Shown one piece after another: positions 26,230 to 39,963 of a stretch of 64,000 nt of DNA. The position numbers and the translations under genes were made by a program. The stretch lies in contig OX597816.1 in the NCBI GenBank assembly GCA_951406725.2, positions 169,384,001 to 169,448,000 of the forward strand. The letters are read 5' to 3'. Every line of letters begins with the position of its first letter. Within the stretch, counting starts at the first letter, position 1. The notes beneath the pieces were generated by a model. The model worked only from the letters and a program-made list of their open reading frames with translations. It was not told the DNA's origin and did not search any database. The stretch is from Octopus vulgaris (taxonomy: Eukaryota).

Positions 26230-27250
26230 GATCTTGTCACTGTCATTACGACATTAATTTATCAAAATCCACGGGGAGATGAAGATAGTCTTGAAGGCCG
26301 GCTGCACATCTTACTCCACAGTGAAAATCTGGGTGTCAAGTTTTCGGAAAGGGTCATTTCAGATGAACCCCGTCCAGGATGCTGTGCACATCACGATTCT
26401 CGAGAACCGTCTAATTGCTGCTGCATTCATAGTTGAGACTGGCGATTTATACCGCGAAAGAGTTGGCTACATCATCCACATTTTGGACATGAGAAAGCTT
26501 TCTGAAAAATGGGTGTTGAAATGCCTGAACAGAGATGAGAAGCGCATCAGAGTGACGACATCGAAGGCAATTTTGGACCGGTTTGCAGCGGGAGAAGCTG
26601 ATTTCATAGCTCGCTTAGTCACCATGGATGAAGCTTGACTTCATCATTTTGATCTCCATACCAAGCGGTAATCAGTAGAGTAGCGCCACAGCAGTTCATC
26701 AAGTCTCAAGAAATTTCCAGCCTAGAACACAGCTGGAAAGTGTTCTGGGACAAAGATGGCGTGCTCCTCATAAAATACCTGCCAAAGCGTCGCACTATCA
26801 ACGCAGAATACTACATGTCTCTGTTAGACGAACTGTGTGAAGTTTTGAATCAGAAACACCATGAAAAGCTGAGCAGTGGTGTCCTGTTTTTACTGGACAA
26901 TGCACCAGAACACACAGTAATTGAAACTCTACGGGAAAATATGCGACTTTGGCTTCGCATAGGTAGGTCACCCACCTTACTCACCTGGCTTGACCTCCTC
27001 CAAGTATCTTATCTTTCCACAACTTAAGAACCATCTCAAGGGAACGGAATTTCACTCCGATTCGGAAGTGATCGCTGCTACAGGGGCCTGGCAGGAGGCT
27101 GAACCATCCGTGTTCTTTTTTACAGGGCTTAGAAAAACAAAAGTACCGCTGCAATGAGTATGCGAATCTGGGAGGGGAATATGTTGAATCAAATCATAAT
27201 TAACTGATCCTATTGTTTTCTTTTACCCAAAGTCAGGAGCCTCTCAGACA
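26230..27250 (+). mobile_element. Decayed mariner (DD34D) transposon
   Basis: KWV, VTMDEA, FWDKDGV, TINAEYY, LLDNAPEH, HPPYSP-like motif; multiple stops. Confidence 0.85.
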
Positions 27251-28201
27251 CGCGCACACACACACGCACACACACGCACACACACACGCATACACACGCA
27301 TACACACACACACACACAGACCGTGAAGACGGACGAAATGTCACTAAGCATTTTGCCCGGTGTGCTAACGATTCTGCCAGCTCCCCATTTTAATGGGAAG
27401 AATATATAAAGACCATATTTAGCGTTCTAAAATTAATTTTTAAAAATGCATTAACAATATTGTAATATTAAAATGAATTAATTCTGCCTACATTTGCATA
27501 ATACTAGTATCGTACCGGAATATTCGCAAGGTGATGTGATATAAGTTTATATTTCACCTGTTATCTAAGAATGCTTGCGATCTTGTAAGAAAAATGAATT
27601 CTATAAACACTTGCAATACAACGTAAAATCATAATAATGTATGTACTATATCATACTGAACTGAAGGAGCTACCAATATATAAACATACTATACACAATA
27701 CAGTTTTATTTAACATCTATTTACATACATTGTCTTGCTGTAACTGTATATACAAGAACCATAAATTGCTTTTAAATAACTTTGTCTCTTCATGACTATA
27801 ATAAATAAATATGATATATACTTGCAGACTTGTAAGTCTATCAAGCCCATCTATCTTTCTTCCTCTCTCTCCCCACTTCTCTCTCTCTCTCTCTCTCTCT
27901 TTGTTTATCCCTCAGTCTCTATCTCTGTCTCCCTCTCTCCATATACAGAGTCTCTTTTTCGGGTAAAATTTTTGAAGAAAAATCCGACGTATGATACTGC
28001 TTTCAAATTTTGACACAAGGCCAGCAATTTCATTAACAGTGTGGTCCAACGTTTGGAATAATTGTCGAGACTGTAATTGAGTGCTTCTTCTGATTAAAGA
28101 GGATGTTGTGCGCATATGTTTACTTGGTTTTCAGAAGCATTTATGTTTTCATACTTTTCAAAGAAGAAACGTAAGTAAATGCCAAATAAAGAATGCTTTT
28201 C

Positions 28202-28824
28202 GAATCTTTACCTTTTGACCGACAGATTTAAAAATATATGATCTTTTGTAACTAAACACTTTCAAACTTCGGACACTGGTAGTATGTGTCATATAAATCA
28301 TCTTTTACTCTTAGCGTTTTTGAGAAAAGCTTATATTTAGGAAGTTATTTCACGTTAAAGTAGTAGTATTTCGGTAATTTCAACCAATCAATGACGTGTA
28401 TTCAGATGAATAAAATTACTGCTGTTGTTTGTCAACAAGAAATATCGGCGGTGTATTTTTCATTTGTCACTGTTATTTATGACATCATTCGTGTTTTTAT
28501 ACTTTAGGGTTTTAGGGTTAGGGTTTTAGGGTTAGGGTGTTAGGGTTAGGGTGTTAGGGTTAGGATTTTAGGGTTAGGGTTTTAGGGTTAGGGTTTTAGG
28601 GTTAGGGTTAGGGTTTTATGGTTAGCTGAATAAGTCATTGATTGGTTGAAATTACCGAAATACTACAACTTTAACGTGAAAAAACTTCCTAAATATAAGC
28701 TTTTCTCAAAAACGCTAAGAGTAAAAGATGTTTTATATGACACATTCTACAATTGTCCGAAGTTTGAAAGAGTTTAGTTACAAAAAATGATTTTTTAAAT
28801 CTGTCGGTCAAAAGGTAAAGATCC
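28202..28824. mobile_element. Merlin-type foldback MITE carrying a ~120-bp degenerate (TTAGGG)n array
   Basis: ~190-bp TIRs; exact 8-bp TSD tgcttttc; array at 28504-28625. Confidence 0.85.
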
Positions 28825-28923
28825 TGCTTTTCAAACCTTCCATGATAAACGTTGTAAGTTTTGGAAGAATGAAATATAGTGTTTACTACGTAACCACTTA
28901 CAGAATACTAACAATGAAACAAT

Positions 28924-29432
28924 TGTCAAGCAATGCTAGGGGGACAAACACAGACACACAAACACACACACACATACATATATACATATATATATACATA
29001 TATACGACGGGCTTCTTTCAGTTTCCGTCTACCAAATCCACTCACAAGGCATTGGTCGGCTCGGGGCTATAGCAGAAGACACTTTCCCAAGATGCCACGC
29101 AGTAGGACTGAACCCGGAACCATGTGGTTGGTTAGCAAGCTACTTACCACACAACCACTCCTGCGCCTCTGTTAAGGAGTCTTTTATTTTTTTTTACTTG
29201 TTTCAGTCATAAGACAGCGGTCATGCTGGAGTACTGCCGTAAAGAATTTTAGTCGAACGGATCGACGTTAGTACTTATTTATTTTTAAGACTGGTACTTT
29301 TCTATCGATCTCTTTACCTCTAAGTTACGAGCACACCAACATCGGTAGTCAAGCAGTGGTGGACACACACACACGTGCGCGCACACATGCAAACCCACGC
29401 GCACTCACATACACATACAAATACACACACAT

Positions 29433-29479
<47 letters not shown>

Positions 29480-29660
29480 AATACACACATGCAAGACGGA
29501 CCTCTTTCAGTTTCCGTCAACCAAATTCACACACAAGGCTTTGATCAGACCGAGGCTCTAGTAGAAGACACTTAGCAAAGTTGTCACGCAGTGGGATTGA
29601 ACTCAGGACCATGTGGTTAAGAAGCAAACTTCTTACAACATAACCACACTTGCACCTATT
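28924..29660 (-). mobile_element. Two family B SINE copies (28924-29169 partial; 29190-29660 older)
   Basis: Reverse complements of family B. Confidence 0.8.
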
Positions 29661-29953
29661 GTTTAAGATTGCTGAAAGGATGTTGAAAATTTTATGAGAA
29701 AACTGGATGCTGTAAATTTGGAGGCTTTAATTCCCGACATGCAAATTCCTCACAATATATATGCTCCATTAAAGCGGTAAGTTGGCAGAATAGTTAGCGC
29801 GCCGGGCAAAATGGTTAGCGGCATTTCGTCCGTCTTTATGTTCTGAGTTCAAATTCCGCCAAGGTAGACTTTGTTTATCGAGGTCGATAAAATAAGTACC
29901 AGTTGTACACTGGTATCACAGTAGTTGACTTACCCCTGTGCCAAAATGTGAAA

Positions 29954-30064
<111 letters not shown>

Positions 30065-30065
30065 G

Positions 30066-30480
30066 GGGGCTGTGTGGTAAGTAGCTTGCTAACCAACCAC
30101 ATGGTTCCGGGTTCAGTCCCACTGCGTGGCATCTTGGGCAAGTGTCTTCTGCTATAGCCCCCGGCCGACCAATGTCTTGTGAGTGGATATGGTAGACGGA
30201 AATTGAAAGAAGCCTGTCGTACATATGTATATATATATATGTATGTGTGTGTATGTGTTTGTGTGTCTGTGTTTGTCTCCCTAGCATTGCTTGACAACCA
30301 ATGCTGGTGTGTTTACGTCCCCGTCACCTAGCGGTTCGGCAAAAGAGACCGATAGAATAAGTACTGGGCTTACAAAGAATAAGTCCCGGAGTCGATTTGC
30401 TCGACTAAAAGCGGTGCTCCAGCATGGTCGCAGTCAAATGACTGAAACAAGTAAAAGAGTAAAAGAGAGATTAAAAGAGT
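30066..30480 (+). mobile_element. SINE family B
   Basis: Near-identical to 5055-5471. Confidence 0.9.
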
Positions 30481-31147
30481 ATATGCTTCATTTTTAATTT
30501 TCATGTATATTTCACAGAAGAAACTCTTAAAATATTATAAAGCTACTGTAGATCCTCCTGTTTCCATATAACATCTATTTTCATATTAACCTAGAGGAAT
30601 TATATTTACGAAGACCATAAATTGCTTTTAAACGATGGCGTTGTCTCTTCATGACAATGAATTAAATGCCTGCTGGTATATTCGTAAATTAATCTGACGT
30701 GTACATATTCTCGCATTTCGCTTTCCCTGGTTACACCTCTTCTTATTCACATGACGAAACAAGACAATTGACTATATGCTAAAGATTCAAAACTATTAAA
30801 ACCGAAACCACACCGTATAAGTTCTTAACATAGAAAAAGTCCCGGGGAGCTTTATCTTTGGGCGATATGATAGAGTACAATATAATTCATCTTAATCGAA
30901 TATTGTTTACGAAAGAACTTAAGTAAAGTTTATAAACACACTTAAATATCACGAGGCTGCGAAAATGTCTCTACTTAGAAAAGCATTACAAGAAAAATTC
31001 GAATCTTGGAATACTATCGAACGAATATGTCAATGAAATCTATTCAATGAATTAACTCAATAAATTACACACAATAACACATATATATATATATATATAT
31101 AAACTGATTGTGGCAAGAGCAGACGGTCAGCCTCTAGTACAAACAAA

Positions 31148-31565
31148 GGATCTTTTCGGTTTGAACGGCAGTTTTTCTAGCGGTGTCATACGAAATTGTC
31201 ACCCATAATTATGACCCTAGTATCGATCTATTGCATTTCAATCTATTTTAGGGTTAGGGTTAGTTAGGGGTGGGGAAGGATATCTTTTTTTCTTCATAAA
31301 TGTAAATAAACCCAATCTGTTTCTTAAACGAGGGACATATTCATACGGCACAGAATGTTGTTTACCTCAATGGACGTCAGTGATTGGTTGAAATTGCAGA
31401 AATTGAAGAAAAAAACAACAAATATCTTACAAACTATAGAATTTTCTCAATAAAGCCAAGAGAAAAAGATGTTTTATAAACACATTCTAACAGTATACGA
31501 AGTTTTAAAATATTTTAGTTACCTAGAAATTATGTTAAAAACTGCCGTTCAAACCGAAAAGATCC
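31148..31565. mobile_element. Merlin-type MITE
   Basis: GG-initiated 29-bp TIRs; exact 8-bp TSD caaacaaa; TTAGGG repeats at 31248-31270. Confidence 0.9.
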
Positions 31566-32056
31566 CAAACAAACCTTGTATAAAAAATTACTCAGTAATT
31601 AATCAATAAAATGCAGTTTCAGAAGCAGTTTCTTTCATAATGCGATTAAAGACAAAATGCCAATAAGATGAAAGGAAGGATGCAACTTCACGCCGAGAAT
31701 TTCGAGAACTTCAAATGTTGCTTACTATGCGATAATCAAATCTGTAAATAAAACAATTGGAAAAACGTAGTCGAGTACTACAGCTGTTTCAAAAGTATAT
31801 CTTAATTAACATTTTGAATGTCTATCTGAAACAGCTGTTGTGCACGACTCTTCCATTCCTTACATACACACATACACACACACGTATATATACACACACA
31901 TATATACATGTATATATATATATATGCACACATATGTACATATACATATATATATGCCTATATATACATATATATACATATACACACACTCACACACACA
32001 TACATACATACATATATATATATGTAGACATATACATATATACATACATAAATATA

Positions 32057-33296
32057 CAGGGTTTGGACTTATTATGGAAACATGTAGCATCATAGCATCA
32101 TAATTTTGAAATATCTATAAAACCGTCAAAAGCTTGTTTATTTTTATGTGTTTTTTTTAATTTATTATTAGTGTTGCTTAATATGTTTTGCTAAAATTAC
32201 TGTATCTTTTCAGATATTATTAAAAAAAAGGTCATTAAAATTCATTAAAATGACAGATCTATCGGACTTTCGAAGAGGTGAATTTGTCGGTGCTCGTATG
32301 GCAGGCGCGAGCGTAACGAAAACAGCCGAAATGTTTGGTGTATCAAGAAGTACTGTCTCGAAAGTAATGACAGCCTTTGAGAAAGAGGGAAAAACCTCTT
32401 CCTCGCAAGAAAACTCCGGAAGAAAACCAAAACGTTCAGATAGGGAGCGTCGGACTCTCACTCGAATTGTTAGAAGGGATCATAAAAGTACAACACCCAA
32501 ATTGCTGCAGAGCTTAATAACCACCTCGAGAACCCAGTTTCCACAAAACCTGTTCGCTGGAGCTGCACAAAGCCGTATTTCACGAGGGTAGGGCTGCCTT
32601 TAGAGTGGAGTAAAAACCTACTGAATTGGTCCCTAGAGCAGTGGAAGAATGTTGTTTTCTCAGACGAGTCATCCTTTACCTTATTTCCGACCACTGGCCG
32701 AGTATACGCGTGGAAACAGCCAAAACAAGCATTTGACCCAGACGGCTTTCTTCTAACTCTTAAACATAGAAGAGGATCTGTGATGATCTGGGGGAGGGGC
32801 TGTATCTTGGAAATCCGCCGGCTCAATGGTTTCCCTTCATGGCAGAATTAATAGTCAAGGCTATTTAAGCATTTTATCTGATCAAATTCATCCTATGGTT
32901 TCGGAACTGTTTCCAGAGGGAAACGCAATCTTTCATGATGATAATGCACCAATTCACACAGCTAAAGTTGTTACTGAATGGTATGAGGAACATTCTAGTG
33001 AAGTTGAACATCTTATCTGACCACCACAGTGCCAAGATCTCAATATTATTGAACATTTATGGCGCATTTTAGAAAAGCAAGAAAGGAGTCGATATCCTGC
33101 ACCGTCGTCACTACAAGAACTGGAGACAGTTTTAGCTGAAGAATGGACAAAAATTACTTTGGAAAAAGTTCAAACTTTGCACGAGTCCATACCTTATAAA
33201 ATTCAGGCTGCAATTACTGCCAAAAGCAGTCCTCCCCCATATAAATTGAATTTGTTTGAAATTTTAAGGAGCTTCCATTATTTTGTCCAACACCTG
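32057..33296 (+). mobile_element. Full-length decayed Tc1 (DD34E) transposon
   Basis: Imperfect TIRs CAGGGTTTGGAC.../...GTCCAACACCTG with TA TSD; HTH region, FSDES, FHDDNAP, DLNIIE; frameshifted. Confidence 0.9.
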
Positions 33297-33356
<60 letters not shown>

Positions 33357-33378
33357 CTGTGTTGTGTGTGTGTAGATG

Positions 33379-33439
<61 letters not shown>

Positions 33440-33479
33440 TGTCCTTACCCCCAAAAGAGCATATACAAAAATATTAATA

Positions 33480-34931
33480 ACTGATTACTCAATTTTAATT
33501 TATTTTGAGATTTAACCCATTAGAAATAATTAACGAAGCCACACAATTGCATTGGAAAATGCAATCGAAGTGCAAAGACAGTTTAGATACAGAGCTAACC
33601 CCATGACTTATTATCACTCGAATTAGAGATAAATTTAACGACGAAGCAAATCAAGAAAGAGTCAAGAAAACCTGTACGGCGAGCGGGTTGTGTGATAGGA
33701 ATTTCAAAATGGAGTTTGAAGCGCTTTTATTGGAAAAGTTACATTCCAAGAATAGCTCATGCTCTCGATGAAGATGATCCGGATTGAAGGGTGGAGTTTT
33801 GCGAATGGTACTTGGCAAGTTGAGTAGAAAATGCACACCTTCCAACAAAGATTGTTCAGATTGGTGAGGCAACGTTTATATTAAATGCCTCAATTAATCT
33901 CCACAATTTCATCTGGTGTGGACCTGAGAATATGCATGTTAAGGAGTAACATTCTCTTTACTCTTTTACTTGTTTCAGTCATTTGACTGCGGCCATGCTG
34001 GAGCACCGCCTTTAGTCGAGCAAATCGACCCCGGGACTTATTCTTTGTAAGCCCAGTACTTATTCTATCGGTCTCTTTTGCCGAACCGCTAAGTGACGGG
34101 GACGCAAACACACCAGCATCGGCTGTCAAGAAATGCCAGGGGGACAAACACAGACACACAAACACACACACACACATACATATATATATACATATATACG
34201 ACGGGCTTCTTTCAGTTTCCGTCTACCAAATACACTCATAAGGCATTGGTCGGCCCGGGGCTATAGCAGAAGACACTTGCCCAAGATGCCACGCAGTGGG
34301 ACTGAACCCGGAACCATGTGTTTGGTTAGCAAGCTACTTACCACACAGCCACTCCTGCGCCTATTTGTTTAATTTTTCAGGAATAAAACTATGGTGTGGT
34401 TAATCATCAAATGGACTAATTGGATCAGTCTTTTTGTGGTGGTACTGTGGCTGGTGCCTTTTACTTTAACTTGCTGCAACTGTCTGTCATACCAAGCATT
34501 TAAGAGAACATTGAAGATGTAGAATTTATTTCCGGCAAAACAGCTTAACACCAATACTGTAACGTAACGGCCTACCCTGACGAGATTTTATCAAACTGGT
34601 GGATTGGGCAAAGAAGTTACTCATAATACCTTCCGCTCACACCAGACGTCACACCGCTAGGTATTTTTATGGGGAAAGAGTAACTTTACGGCACAAACTG
34701 GCAAAGGTCGTCGAATTGAGAACAGCTATTGAACGAGAATGCGCACAAATATCCAATGAAGCGTTTCTTGATGCTTGCGATTCCAGTGCCTGGACTGGAA
34801 GGCTCATCATCTTCTAAACATAAGAAAAATGTTAAATTGTGTCTGTGAATTTTATTACATTTTGAAATATATTTCAATAAACGCTGACTTTAAAATCATT
34901 CAATGTTTGTATACATTTTGGGGTACCCTTG
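33480..34931 (+). mobile_element. Old Tc1/mariner-superfamily remnant split by a SINE
   Basis: EATFILN...INLHN...ENMH and RSPDVTPL..F.WG-like motifs. Confidence 0.55.
33953..34363 (-). mobile_element. SINE family B
   Basis: Full reverse complement copy. Confidence 0.9.
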
Positions 34932-34951
34932 GATACATACACACTCATGCA

Positions 34952-35318
34952 TACCTACCTACCTACCTACCTACCTACCTACCTACCTACCTACCTACCT
35001 ACCTACCTACCTACCTACCTACCTACCTACCTACCTACCTACCTACCTACCTACCTACCTACCTACCTACCTACCTACCTACCTACCTACCTACATACCT
35101 ACCTACCTACCTACCTACCTACATACATACCTACATACCTACCTACCTACCTACCTACCTACCTACCTACCTACCTACCTACCTACCTACCTACCTACCT
35201 ACCTACCTACCTACCTACCTACCTACCTACCTACCTACCTACCTACCTACCTACCTACCTACCTACATACCTACCTACCTACATACATACATACATACAT
35301 ACTTACATACATACATAC
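34952..35318. repeat. (ACCT)n/(ACAT)n microsatellite
   Basis: Direct observation. Confidence 0.95.
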
Positions 35319-35373
35319 ACAATACATACACATTCGTTTATATAAACACACGCACACATACATACGTAATATA

Positions 35374-35556
35374 CAGGGTGTCCCAGAAGTCGCGCACCAC
35401 CTTATTGATTTAAAAAATCCTTTTTGAATATAAACATAAATGCTCAAATTGAGCAGCCTCTGCAATAAAAAAATGCATCAGTTATAAAAGTAACATGAAT
35501 TGCATGAATTATTTTTATTGAAAACCAGAATGGTGCGCGACTTCTGGGACACCCTG
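35374..35556. mobile_element. 183-bp Tc1/mariner MITE
   Basis: Perfect 26-bp TIR CAGGGTGTCCCAGAAGTCGCGCACCA; TA on both sides. Confidence 0.9.
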
Positions 35557-35659
35557 TATATATATAGATATCAATCGATCTATCCATACATACATACATA
35601 CATATTTACATATGTACGTATGTATGCATGCACTATCTATGTATGTATGGAAGATGTTT

Positions 35660-35974
35660 GTTGTTTTGTTGTTTGTTCCTTCTCGAGCCTTGCCTGGCTC
35701 ATAAGGGACGGTTTCCCGGTTTCTTGGTGTATAGGTTCCCCACCTGGACGGGACGCCGGTCCGTCGCAGGTGAACTCCAAGATGCAGGAGGAAAGAGTGA
35801 GAGAAAGTTTAGGCGAAAGAGTCAGCAGAAGTTTCGCCACTACCTCCTGCCGGAGCCGCGTAGAGCATAGGTGTTTCGCTCATAAACACACACATCACCC
35901 GGTTTGAGATTCGAACCCACGATCCCTCGACCGCGAGTCCACTGCTCTAACCAGTAGGCCATTGTGCATCCACT
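35660..35974 (-). mobile_element. tRNA-derived SINE with a family A-like head and a different body
   Basis: Minus strand gtggatgcacaatggcctactggttagagcagtggactcgcgg...ggttcgaatctc. Confidence 0.7.
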
Positions 35975-36254
35975 ATGGAATATGTGATAGACTTGATAAT
36001 AGTTGAGGTATTCCTTAGCATGAAACAAAGCCTTAATACACAAATATAGAATCTTTATCCACCAATGCGGTGTTGAGCAATCATTGACATCGTTCGATAT
36101 TTACGTGTGTATGTGTGTATGTTTATACATACATGTGTATATATACGTATTGCAATACCAGCGAATTTACTGTCCCTATATTTCAAAGCACGAATGTCGT
36201 TAAGCAAGTGACAATTGAACAAAGAATAAAAGAACACACGCATACACACACACA

Positions 36255-36306
<52 letters not shown>

Positions 36307-36436
36307 CATACATATATATAATATACATATATACATATATATATACATACACATATAATATATATATATATATATAATACACATACAAATATATACATAC
36401 ATACATATACATATATATATGCATATATATATATGC

Positions 36437-36482
<46 letters not shown>

Positions 36483-36821
36483 CGTCAATAATACTTTAAT
36501 TGTTCCACGTCCTGCGTTGCTGTGTTTTTTTCTCCTTTTTTTCCTCTTTTTTTCTGTGTTTTCTTGTTTGGATATATATATATATATAAATAGATGAGTG
36601 TATTTTTATCTTGTTAACAATTAACACGGAAAAATAAATAAATAGTTACCAGGGCAGCAAAAATCTCACAAGTAGAGGTGTTGTAACTCCTTGTTTTTAA
36701 AGGTAGAAACTTCGTGTTTACGTTGAATATTTTGAATAATATATGGATAAATAAATGGTGTTTAACGCAGGTGTAATCAAATATTTCGATTACACCTGCG
36801 TTAAACTCCATTTATTTATTC

Positions 36822-36911
<90 letters not shown>

Positions 36912-36922
36912 ATATATATATG

Positions 36923-37005
<83 letters not shown>

Positions 37006-37147
37006 CATATATATACATATACTAATTATGGAATAACAATTCCGGCGTCACAGGGATTCAAATTAATTGAATTGTTCTCGATAAGAAAATATATGTAATT
37101 TAGAGATAGAAGTCCCCATGCAATTCATCAAATCCTAATATATATCA

Positions 37148-37473
37148 GTGAGGGCGTGTGGCTTAGTGGTTAGGGCATTCGACTCATGATCGTAAGGTTG
37201 TGAGTTCGATTCCCGGCGACGCGTTGTGTCCTTGAGCAAGACACTTTATTTCACGTTGCTCCAGTCCACTCAGCTGGCAAAAATGAGTTGTACTTGTATT
37301 TTCAAAGGGTCAGCCTTGTCACTCTCTGTGTCACGCTGATTATCCCCGAGAACTACGTTAAGGGTACACGTGTCTGTGGAATGCTCAGCCATTTGCACGT
37401 TAATTTCACGAGCAAGCTGTTCCGTTGATCGTATCAGCTGGGACCCTCGTCGTCGTAACCGGCGGAGTCAAGA
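37148..37473 (+). mobile_element. SINE family A variant
   Basis: A/B boxes; TSD aatatatatca/aatatacatca. Confidence 0.85.
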
Positions 37474-37758
37474 AATATACATCACATCATATCATAGAAT
37501 TTTATTTTAATACATACTATGTCAGTTCTAAATTTCTCTCCTACACGTGTTTCATGAGATTTTTTATCATTTTAAAATTTTTTCTCCGTAGATTTCTTTA
37601 TATATCTTTTTATACTTTTTGCTTTTTGTCATTCATTCGTATTTGTTTACATCCACTTTTATCTATAGCATTTATTCGAATATATATTTCTTTGTCACTG
37701 TTTATTTTATCATCACTATATTATATATTCTTTTCATTATTATATTATATTATATTAT

Positions 37759-38157
37759 AGGCGCAGGAGTGGCTGTGTGGTAAGTAGCTTGCTAACCAAC
37801 CACATGGTTCCGGGTTCAGTCCCACTGCGTGGCATCTTGGGCAAGTGTCTTCTGCTATAGCCCCGGGCCGACCAATGCCTTGTGAGTGGATTTGGTAGAC
37901 GGAAACTGAAAGAAGCCTGTCGTATATATGTATATATATATATATGTGTGTGTGTTTGTGTGTCTGTGTTTGTCCCCCTAGCATTGCTTGACAACCGATG
38001 CTGGTGTGTTTACGTCCCCGTCACATAGCGGTTCGGCAAAGAGACCGATAGAATAAGTTCTGGGCTTACAAAGAATAAGTCCCGGGGTCGATTTGCTTGA
38101 CTAAAGGCGGTGCTCCAGCATGGCCGCAGTCAAATGACTGAAACAAGTAAAAGAGTA
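37759..38157 (+). mobile_element. SINE family B
   Basis: Full-length copy. Confidence 0.9.
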
Positions 38158-38387
38158 TAGTTTTCTTCATTCCTACATATCATTAATTTATATATATGTT
38201 CCTAGGGACAAGTCACGTTTGATTTTAGTTTTAAATTTTATAATTCTTAATTAATTAAATTACGTCTTGCACGGCAAGGTTCGGCGAATTTATTTGCACA
38301 TCCGATGGTTTGTTTGTTAGTTACATTCGTAACTGATAAAATATAAGAATATAGGAATAGTCATAGATTTATAAATAAGTTATGGAG

Positions 38388-38484
38388 AGTCCTGATGATT
38401 GGGGTTGCAGTTAAGACATGTTTCTGAAAAAGACTGAGGGTCTCGAGAACGTTAAACGCACCTCACGAAACACGTGTAGGAGAG
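38388..38484 (+). ncRNA. Hammerhead ribozyme candidate with long stem II
   Basis: CTGATGA 38392-38398, ~68-nt hairpin, GAAA 38467-38470, palindrome CACGTG, TA; stem I weak. Confidence 0.5.
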
Positions 38485-38833
38485 AAATTTGGAACTGAAA
38501 TAGTAAGTATTAAAATAAAATTCTATGATATGGTGTGATATATATATTAGGATTTTATGAATTGCATGGGGACTTCTATCTCTAACTTACATATATATAC
38601 ATCACATATATACAGACCGGGCGTTGTGAGTGTTTATTGAGCGAAAACACCTAAAACCTCCACGACGCTCCGGCAGGGGGTAGTGATCCCTGCCGTACTC
38701 TTTCACCACTCTTTCTTCTGTTGGCCTGCTCGCTCAGCCAGCGGGGTGGCGTCATTCTAAGGCTAAAACAATGCGAACGCAGCGATGTGTAACAACATCT
38801 GATGTATATATGTATACATATATATTCATACAC

Positions 38834-38886
<53 letters not shown>

Positions 38887-39320
38887 TCGCCATACTAATA
38901 TGGCATTCTTATAAAAATAAGAAAAAAGCTGTCCGCTTATTAGCTCCATGAGGCCATCGCCTTAAGTTAGCTATTTGATACACAAACTGTATCCATATAA
39001 CCTTCGAACAAGGGAGGTCAGTCGCTCCACACTACTTGACCGGCAGCTATATGTTCGAAGGTTATATGGATACAGTTTGTGTATCAAATAGCTAACTTAA
39101 GGCGATGACCTCATGGAGCTAATAAGCGGACATTTTTTCTTATTTTTATAAGAATGCCATATAAGTATGGCGATAACTATTATTTTCCGGGAACGCTGCC
39201 GCTGTTCTCTTTTAGAGAGACTTAGTTATTTTAATATTTCTATTATTGAAAACAAGTGGATGTATTCCACCGAAACTAGGTAAATAAAACCATCGAACAG
39301 AGATTGTCGGAAGCGACACC

Positions 39321-39389
39321 TACTGGCTGGCTACGCTGCATTGAAAAGGGGCAATACCCTGAAACGCGTCTGTAGCTGCCGGTCAAGTA
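39321..39389 (+). ncRNA. Minimal type I hammerhead ribozyme, U3-A8 core
   Basis: GCUGCA-UUGAAAA-GGGG-CAAUA-CCCU-GAAA-CGCG-UC-UGUAGC; predicted cut after 39370. Confidence 0.8.
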
Positions 39390-39682
39390 GTGTGGAGCGA
39401 CTGACCTCCCTTGTTCGAAGGTTATATGGATACAGTTTGTGTATCAAATAGCTAACTTAAGGCGATGGCCTCATGGAGCTAATAAGCGGACAGCTTTTTT
39501 CTTATTTTTATAAGAATGCCATATTAGTATGGCGATAACTATTATTTTCCGGGAACGCTGCCGCTGTTCTCTTTTAGAGAGACTTAGTTATTTTAATATT
39601 TCTATTATTGAAAACAAGTGGATGTATTCCACCGAAACTAGGTAAATAAAACCATCGAACAGAGATTGTCGGAAGCGACACC

Positions 39683-39751
39683 TACTGGCTGGCTACGCTG
39701 CATTGAAAAGGGGCAATACCCTGAAACGCGTCTGTAGCTGCCGGTCAAGTA
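39683..39751 (+). ncRNA. Minimal type I hammerhead ribozyme, second identical copy
   Basis: Same sequence 362 bp downstream; predicted cut after 39732. Confidence 0.8.
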
Positions 39752-39963
39752 GTGTGGAGCGACTGACCTCCCTTGTTCGAAGGTTATATGGATATAGTTT
39801 GTGTATCAAATAGCTAACTTAAGGCGATGGCCTCATGGAGCTAATAAGCGGACAGCTTTTTCTTATTTTTATAAGAATGCCATATTAGTATGGCGATAAC
39901 TATTATTTTCCGGGAACGCTGCCGCTGTTCTCTTTTAGAGAGACTTAGTTATTTTAATATTTC

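Larger units (their letters stand above)
37090..38600. mobile_element. PLE pLTR-like inverted-repeat element with HHR, interrupted by two SINEs
   Basis: 37090-37147 plus 37474-37558 is the reverse complement of ~38462-38597. Confidence 0.65.

Noticed and set aside
28504-28625. True telomere or chromosome fusion site
   Set aside because: Short, degenerate and enclosed by MITE TIRs with a TSD
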